64,000 bases of DNA from the human T2T-CHM13v2.0 reference genome, Homo sapiens, in assembly GCF_009914755.1 (NCBI RefSeq), contig NC_060940.1; one strand, given 5' to 3'. The translations under genes and the position numbers were made by a program. How positions within the stretch are numbered: the stretch's first letter is position 1; each line of letters opens with the position of its first letter. The notes under the pieces were generated by a model. That model made no database searches. It had not been told where the DNA came from and was given only the letters and a program-made list of their open reading frames with translations. Shown here piece by piece: positions 55,698 to 64,000 of this stretch.

Positions 55698-55924
55698 CAG
55701 GGCTTTTCAACCACAGCACTGCTGATATTTTGGATCATGTGATTCTTTATTGTGAGGGCTGTTCTGAGCATTATGGGATGTCTAGCAGCGTCCCTGGGTT
55801 CCACCCACTAGAGGCCAGTAGCTTCACCTCGCCAGGTTTTGACAACCACAAATGTCTCCAGATATCGCCAGATGTCCTCTGCATTTCAGAACCTGGCAGA
55901 ATCACCCCTGGTTGAGATTCGCTG
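55698..55924. mobile_element. MER20 DNA transposon
   Basis: cagggcttttcaacc...tagcagcgtccctggg...acccactaga...aaatgtctccagatat...cccctggttgaga. Confidence 0.88.
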
Positions 55925-56489
55925 ATCTAGATCACCTACTTGCTTGGTTCTGTAGTTCTCTGTTGAATGAAATAGCACAATATTTTGGATTCAGTAGTGT
56001 CTTTGTAAACATTTAGGATGTCTCCAGTATTTTGCTATTACAAACCACAATGCCGTGAGCATCTAACACTTGTCCTTTTGTGCAGACATATAATAGCTTC
56101 CTCATTTTACAACTTCTTTATTATGTAAAATGCCCACATTCAGGCAGGCTGTGTAATGCACGCTCATATATCCTTTGTCAGGGTGAACAATTATCCGTCA
56201 CGGCCAATTGTGTTTCAGGTTATCTACATCTGCTTCCTCCTCCTATATCATTTCAATCAAATTCTGGGTATTATTTCATGTATAGACATCTTTGTATTTA
56301 TCTCTAAAAATACAAAAAAAAATACAATATCCTTATCACCCCCATTACCAGTAATTGCTTTGTGTCATCACAGTCAGTGTTCAAATTTCCAATTGCCTCA
56401 TACCTTTGAATAGTTTTTTTGATTCAGGATCCATGTGAGACCCATGCATTGTAATTGGTTAATATGTCTCTATGTTGCTTTTCCTTTAA

Positions 56490-56725
56490 ATTTTAAAAAT
56501 TAGGGTAAAATATACCTAACATAACTTGTACCATTTTAACCATCGTTAAGTGTACAGTTGAGTGGCATTAAGTACGTTCACACATTTTGAGGCCATCGCC
56601 ACCACCCCTCTCCAGAACTTTTCCATCTTCCCCGACTGAAGCTGTCCCCTTTAAACAGTCAGTGCCTGCTCCCCACTCCCCCTAGCCCTTGGCGACCATT
56701 CTACTTTGTTCCTCTATGAATCCAC
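56490..56725 (-). mobile_element. L1MB-type 3' end, within a wider field of old antisense L1M fragments (about 55.3-59.5 kb)
   Basis: accattttaaccat..taagtgtacagt..agtggcattaagtac..tcaca ... ctccagaacttttccatc. Confidence 0.75.
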
Positions 56726-57212
56726 TACTGTCTTAGGTTTCTTTTCTTCAACAGAGTCTTCTCTCATCTCTCTCTCTCCCCTTCTCTCTCATAATTTGTT
56801 TACTGAAGACACTGGATTTGCCTTACAGAGGTTTTCAACCCCTCAGCTTTGCTGATGGTATCTCTGTAGTGTGATTCGATATGCTTCTTCATTTCCTGTA
56901 TTTCCTTAAATTAGAGGCTTGGATTCAGGTTTAATTTTGCTGATTATATGACTGTGTCGTTGGGTGGTGTTTTCTGTCAGGAGATGCATAATGTTTGCTA
57001 TCTTTTTGTGATATTAACAGCCATCTCTTATCACTTCCTGGGTCCATTACACAAACGTTTCTTTAAGGTCAGTACCTAAGTGTGAAATTGCGGCGTTTTA
57101 GTGTATGGCGTCTTAAACTTTACTGAGTTTTGCCATTTTATAAAGTAAAAGCACCTATTTATTAACCCCCGTTTGTGTGCAAAAGTTCCTGCTGACGCTT
57201 TTACATCCCTGC

Positions 57213-58300
57213 TGTGATATTTTATATATTTGTGTTTTCATCCGCTGTTCCTGGCCCATAATTCCCGTAGCCCTTGTTGTAATGTTGGAGGCACTTTAGG
57301 CCTCAGAAGAAGGGCAGATCACTTGAGATCAGGAGTTCGAGACCAGCCTGGTCAAAATGGTGAAACCCCGTCTCTACTAAAAATACAAAAATTAGCCAGG
57401 CATGTGGTGGGCGCCTGTAATCCCAGCTACTCAGGAGGCTGAGGCATGAGAATTGCTTGAACCCAGGTCAGAATCTCTCTGACCTTCTCCTGCTCTCTTT
57501 TCACCTCTTCCTTTTTCTACCCAAGGCAGGACTCTAATCTTCCCCTGCTATCCATAAAGAAATTGACCCATATTGTCTGATTGTAGGTCACAAGACCCCC
57601 ATTTCAGAAGGGGTCCAGCCCCGCACCCTGGAGGAAAGAATACTGCACAGAGAAGCCAGGAAGCATCTGGACAGACAGGCCTTGCAGGGTCTCCCCACTC
57701 AGTCTGTTCGTCTTAGACCATACCCTTTTTATCCAATCACGTTGTTAATCTTGATTATCCAGTGATGTCTCCATAAAAGGCCCAGGAAGACAGGATTCAG
57801 GGAGCTTCCAGGTAGCTGAATAAGTGGAGATTCCTGGAGGTTGATACATGGGGAGAGCATGGAAGCTCCGCACCGCTTCCCATACCTTGGCCTGTGCATG
57901 TCTTCACTGTATCCTTTGTAATATCCTTTATAATCACCAGAAAATGTGTTTCTCTGAGTTCTGTGAGCTGCTCTAGCAAATTAATGGAACCCAAGAAGGG
58001 GGTTGTGAGATCCGCATTTTATCGCTAGTGAGTCAGAAGTACAGGTAAAATAACCTGAGGCTTGTGGTTGGCATCAGAAGTGAGGGGCGGTCTTGTGGGA
58101 CTGAGCCTCACCCTGTGGGATCTGATGCTGTCTCCAGGTAGATGTGTCAGAATTGAATCAGAGGACACCCAGCTGGTGTCCGCTGCAGAACTGATTGTTT
58201 GGTGGTAGGGAGAAACCCCCACACATTTTGTCCCAAGAAGTCGTCTTTGTTGATGGTTGTGGTATGACAGCAGAAGGAAAATGGTTCATGTTTTCCCACT
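57213..58300 (+). mobile_element. MER21-type LTR interrupted by an Alu fragment
   Basis: tgtgatatt start; ccctgtgggatctgatgctgtctccaggtagat; ctgagttctgtgagctgctctagcaaattaat motifs. Confidence 0.8.
57312..57467 (+). mobile_element. Internal AluS fragment lacking head and tail
   Basis: gggcagatcacttgagatcaggagttcgagacc...ttgcttgaacccagg, then LTR sequence resumes. Confidence 0.9.
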
Positions 58301-58596
58301 TGTACCTACCAATACCTTTTTGCATGAGATGGGTTTAACTTGCATTTCCCTGACCACAGATGAGGTTGCCTATCTTTTCATTTGCCTGTTCCCCATTCTG
58401 GGTTTCACATATGACTTCTCACAGCCTTTGTCCATTTTTCTACTGCACAGTATTTGGTTTTCTTGCTTTCTCACTGTTTTTATATCTCCTTTTCAGTTAC
58501 ATGTATTTTACATATCTGCTCCTAGTCTTTGGCTTAATCATTCACTTTAAAAGTAGAAAATTTAAAACATACGTAAAAGCAGAGGGAATGATGTAA

Positions 58597-59094
<498 letters not shown>

Positions 59095-60920
59095 TAACAC
59101 CTATTGTTAACAGTAATTTCATGATATCATGAAATACCCAGTCAGTGTTCAATATTCTCCAGTTAGCTCAAAAGAGTTTTCCATGTCTTTGTGTTGATCA
59201 GGACCCTGATAAAGTTCATATAGTGCAGTTGGTTGGTGTGCCTCTTCAGGCTCTGTTAATTTGTAGATTCCCTTGCTGTCACTCTCTTTTTTCCCTTGTC
59301 TTTTTTGTCATTATTGTGGAAGACACTTGGCTCCTTGAACTGTAGGTTTTCCCAGTTAGGATTTTGCTAATTGCAATCCTATGGTGATGTTTGTCATGTT
59401 CCTCTGTCCCTTACCTTGCCTTTAAATTGGTCATTCACTCTGGAGGCTTGATGAGTTTCAGGTTTGGTTTTTTGCCCCAACGATGTCACAGGTGGTGGTG
59501 TGTGTTTCCATCAGGAGGCTCATAAATGTTGGTCTAGGAAAGCACTATTGGAGGTGCGAGTTCACACCAGACCCCATTTGTTTCAGTGGGGCCAGTATAC
59601 AAATGTAATCCCCATCCCCCCACCCCCTACCGTATTGAAAGCCTAATAGTGCAGTCCCTGACTGAGTTTGCTTCCCTAATTCCTGACAGCTCCAAGACTT
59701 TGTACATGTTTTTGTGGATTTCTTTAAGTAGGTAGTTAGGAGTTTCCTTAAGAGGAAGCATATTTAGGAAGGACCTGTTGTATACTAAGAACCCTTTCAG
59801 GGAGGTGATATCATCTCCATTTTACAGGTTTACTGAGGTTCAGAGAAGCCTCCAGTCATTCTGTGAGTGTGTATGTAATAGAGCCTGGATTCAGACTCCG
59901 GTTTAATTACAAAGCCCATTTTCTTTCTCCAAGCTACACCAGCTCTAGAGAATTGCAGGAACGGGTATGGGAGAGGGGGTCCCCTTATGGTACCCATTTC
60001 CACCAGCCAAGGTTCCAGCATCCCTGCAGTGGCCCTGCCACCCGTGTTGCATATTAGAGACTTGGGCAGCATCTAATCTACCTCCTCTGAGAAAGGACAA
60101 TGGGATGTGGGGATGGAGGCCTGGCTGTGACCTGTCTCCCAGTGTGAGTGGGGTAGGTCTTGAAGGTGGGCCAGCCTCTCTGTTGTCCCTGCCCAACACC
60201 AGGGGTCCCAGCCTACTCCAAGGCTAGCCTTGCAAGAGAGGGGCTCAGTGGGCAGTCAGGAACCAGGCAGTGGTCCCATTTCTTAGGACAGGTTCAGTGT
60301 CAGGTGGTAAATGGTAGGTGACTGTTGTCACTGTAGATAAATTTTTGGAGAGCAACGTCAGTGCATCATTCTCATTGTGGATAATAAAACCCAATTAACC
60401 TGTACAAATGAATAACTGCTGATATTAATAGCTAATATTTATTAATTGGTATCAGTCAAAAATTTGGCTTCCCTCTTGTATATTAGTAATTCATTTAATC
60501 CTCACGTGGCCTAATAGTAATTAATATTATGATGGCCATTTTGCAGAAGACAAAGCTGAGACTCAGAAATGATGCAACTCTCCCAGCATCCCACACTGAG
60601 AAGTGGCACTTCTGGATCTGACTTAAAAAATTAAATTTTTGGTTTTTTAAATTTATTTTTTTCTTAAACTTTTTTTCATATTATACAATATGATATACTA
60701 ATGGTAATATTTTTGCTTTTAACAGTTGGGAAGTATCAAAATTTTTAGACTCATGACAAACCTTAGCATCCCCATGCTAAGAAGTTAAGTAGTAAAAAAG
60801 GGTAAAATAAATTTCTTCCTGTCTCTTACCCCCTGATTTTCCTACCTGGAATCTGTAACTGTTACCAGTCTTGGGTTTCTCTTTCTAGGTATGAGTGATG
60901 CCTCAGTACACCGCTTTATT

Positions 60921-60998
60921 GCGCCTATACATGTTAATAACGAGCATGCGCCTATACATGTTAATAACGAGCACATGCCTATACATGTTAATAACGAG
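60921..60998. repeat. 27-nt tandem repeat, three copies (GCGCCTATACATGTTAATAACGAGCAT)
   Basis: Copies start at 60921, 60948 and 60975. Confidence 0.95.
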
Positions 60999-62723
60999 TA
61001 GCCTGCTGAATTCCTTCTTCTGTGTCCTACCTTTCCTCATTTAACAGTGTGCTTTAGAGATCTTCTAATTTTACTTCACGAGTAGAATTGTTGTTCATTT
61101 TAAGAACCGTGTCTTGTTCCCTTGAACTGACAAAACCGTAATGGATTTCCCCAGGTCCCTGTTGGATGTTGCATAGTTTCCCGTTTTTGTTTTTACAGTA
61201 ATGTTGGGATAGCATCCTGGGTGGAAATCCTCAGTGTAGATGAAATCCTCCCTTTAGACTGGAAGGCTGGCTGGCAGTCCACAGGGCTCAGTTAGACTGG
61301 GTGAAAACCCAGAGATCTTGCCCTGCAGGACTCTTGGGGCTTTGGAAAGGGTGACCACCTCCTCCCAGCCTCCTCCACCTGCTGCAGGAATATCCCTTTT
61401 GAGGCTCAAAATCCTTTCAGAGGTCACGATGTAGTTCCAACAACGCGTTGGGCATCCAAATTAAGTATTTTCCCTTTTTATGAATTTGACAACTGAGTTG
61501 CAGAAGGATTTTGGCTGCTGCACTCCCCCCCCCCCCCCACCAGTTTCTCCTCATGCTCCCCCAGGGTGCTGGACCTCCTGCCCTGTGCTGCCTCCCACCC
61601 AGGGCCTTTGTTCCTAGTGTTCCCTCGCCTGGAACACTGCCCAGTGCCAGGGCTGCATATCAGCTCAACGCTTCCTCAGGAATCCTCCCTGAAGCCCTGA
61701 CAAGGTCACACTTTCCAAGTTGACTATGATGCTGACATGTGTCTCTCCCTTCCTGTCTTAATGTCATGTTACATTGATTTATCACTGATCAGTGTTATCT
61801 TTCCCGCGTCCACAAGGGCAAGTTTTTGTTTCTTTCTGCTCCCTTTGGGTTTCAGTGATTCACATGGTAGGTGTTCAGTAAATGTGGGTCAACTCATTGA
61901 GTGAATGAATGAATGTCACCAGTGGGCCCCCATGCCATGCCAGCCCATCTCTCCTCTGTGCCATGCTCCCTCTGCCCAAGTCTGATGCCCTGCAGGACAG
62001 AGACAGCCATTTACACAGAGGCAGCTCTCGTCATCAGATCCTTTCCTCTGGCAGGCTGTGATGGCCAGAAGGGAGGAGCAAGTAAAACGGTCACTAAGGG
62101 CCTGAAGGCTGTCAGAAGAGCTTGCCATTTGGACCGGGTCCCCAGGGGATACCCCATTATTGCCTCAGGCCTGCTTTGGTCGTCATCTCAGAGTCAGACA
62201 GCCAGGGCAGAAGAAAGAAGGCCGTTTCCAGCTCAGTTTTCCTCCTGGAGTCGTCTTTTGTTTTTTTCTCTGGCTTTTCACTGTAAGAGGCATCTATTTA
62301 TGGGAATCTCAGCCACTTCCCTCTTCCTTTCCATGGGGCCTGGATCCCTGACCACACTCGATTAGGCTTCCTCCCAGACACCAGGGTGTTCGAGTGACTC
62401 AGGGTCAGGACTGTCTACTTTAGGTGGAAACCCAAATCTCCTCTTCTATCTGCTGGGAATAAACATAGTGCTGACCATAGTGCGAGGTTCTGTGAGATTC
62501 TGCCAGTGAAACAGTGCTCTCTGTGCTGGCCCTCATGTCCCATTTCCGACTCCGATCCCCTGTGCCTAGCACCATTCCCAGCATGTAGTAGGTGCTCAGT
62601 AAATGTTTGCTACATGATGACTTCATTTTCATAGGGCAGAGGCTGAGTGCATAGACCAAATGATAATTCAGAAAAAAGAGATGAGCAGGGTTAGTTTCCT
62701 TTCAGTGGTATCTTTTTATAATG

Positions 62724-62948
62724 CAGGTTGAGTAGCTCTTTTCTGAAATACTTGGGACCACAAGTGTTTCAGATTTCTTTACATTTTGGAATATTTGCAT
62801 TATACTTGTGGGTTGAGCATCCCTAATCCAAAAATCTGAAATCTGAGGTACTCCAAAATCCAAAATTTTTTGGGTGCCAACAGGATGCTCAAATGAGATT
62901 GGAACATTTTGGATTTCAGATTTTAGGATTAGGAATGCTTAACTTGTA
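62724..62948. mobile_element. Tigger4a/MER46-type MITE, opposite orientation to the 48.4-kb copy
   Basis: caggttgagta...tgggaccacaagtgtttcagattt...ggttgagcatccctaatccaaaaatctgaaatc...aatgcttaacttgta. Confidence 0.82.
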
Positions 62949-62961
62949 TCACTATATATAC

Positions 62962-63305
62962 TTTACTTTTTTTTAGAGACAGGGTCTTGCTGTGTTGCCC
63001 AGGCTGGAGTGCAGTGGCACCATCATAGCTCGGTGTAACCTCAAACTCCTAGACTTAAGCAATCCTCCTGCCTCAGTCTCTGGAGTAGCTAGGACTACAG
63101 GTGTGCGCCACCAAGCCTGGCTTGTTTGTTATGTTATGTTATGTTATGTTATGTTATGTTATGTTATGTTATGTTATGTTATTTTTGTAGAGGCAGGCTC
63201 TCACTATATTGCCCAGACTGGTTTTGAACACCTGGCATCAAGCGATCCTCCTGCTTTGGCCTCCCAAATTGCTGGGATTATAGGTGTGAGCCACCAAACT
63301 TGGCC
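62962..63305 (-). mobile_element. AluJ with (TTATG)n microsatellite expanded from its linker (about 63129-63183)
   Basis: Both arms present; about 10 ttatg units between them. Confidence 0.93.
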
Positions 63306-64000
63306 TGTGTATCCTTTTAAGCTAAGACACTTTTAAGGAACAGGAGTTTGGGATTAAGGATTGAATTTTTCTCTCTTCTTCTTCTTTTTTTTTTTTTACT
63401 GTGAGTATTTTTAGGACTCTTATTATGTTTTTCCCCTTTGGTATAAGATGTGAATGAATGCTGGAGATTTTTACCTTTTAGCGGGATTTGATTACACTCT
63501 GGGAGAAGAGCTCCCGGTTTGAGTAAGAAATAGAGACAGGGAAATAGAACCTTGTAAGACTGCAAGTTATAGAGGTCAATTAAAGACACAGCGCGGTGAA
63601 AGCTAAAGGTGAAGCCACTCATTAAATGCAGTTTGTTCCCATGGTGGATGCAAACACGAGCTCACTTCATATAATGGACATTGGATTCCTCTTTATTTTG
63701 GTCCCACTGGCAAGGCTCTGTTTCTCTGTCCCGTTTCTGATCACCTCCACTTAAGCAGAAAAGATGGCCTGGCTTGGTAAGACTTGCTGCCTGTGGAACC
63801 ACTGCCCTGACTCCAAGCATCCATGCTGTCGGCTCCTTCCCCACCACCTCCGCTCTCTCACTTGTCCCTTCCCTTGTCTGTTTGATGAGGGAACCACCCT
63901 TTGGCAGAGCTTTGCTGTGTGTTTGGTGTGCATTTTTTTCCTTGCACCCTCTAGGCAGTCCTTATAATTTTCTTATTAGGCCCATTTTTCAGCTGAGCAA

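Overview
Primate (human-like) genomic DNA that is almost entirely intronic. It holds one clear protein-coding exon (55135-55251, + strand, 117 nt, phase 0/0, VAEMHGELIEFNERLHRALVAKEALVSQMRQELIDLRGP), recognised from memory as an internal coiled-coil exon of SNX29. The rest is interspersed repeats (about 21 Alu copies or fragments, L1, L2, MIR, MaLR/ERV LTRs, MER/Tigger DNA transposons), a ~1.1 kb 27/36/45-nt minisatellite and simple repeats. Repeat family names come from remembered consensus sequences and need RepeatMasker/Dfam confirmation; old-repeat boundaries are approximate. The other ORFs in the track look like noise. I found no new gene system. The most unusual structure is at 2.9-5.9 kb: a multi-step duplication/inversion scar in mostly unique DNA that creates a 223-bp, 93%-identical hairpin, plus a 140-bp templated copy inside an Alu that may preserve the pre-rearrangement junction. 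Also notable are a strong recursive-splice-site-like motif at 33352/33353, two tail-less internal Alu fragments, abutting inverted Alus, and an LTR nested in an Alu.
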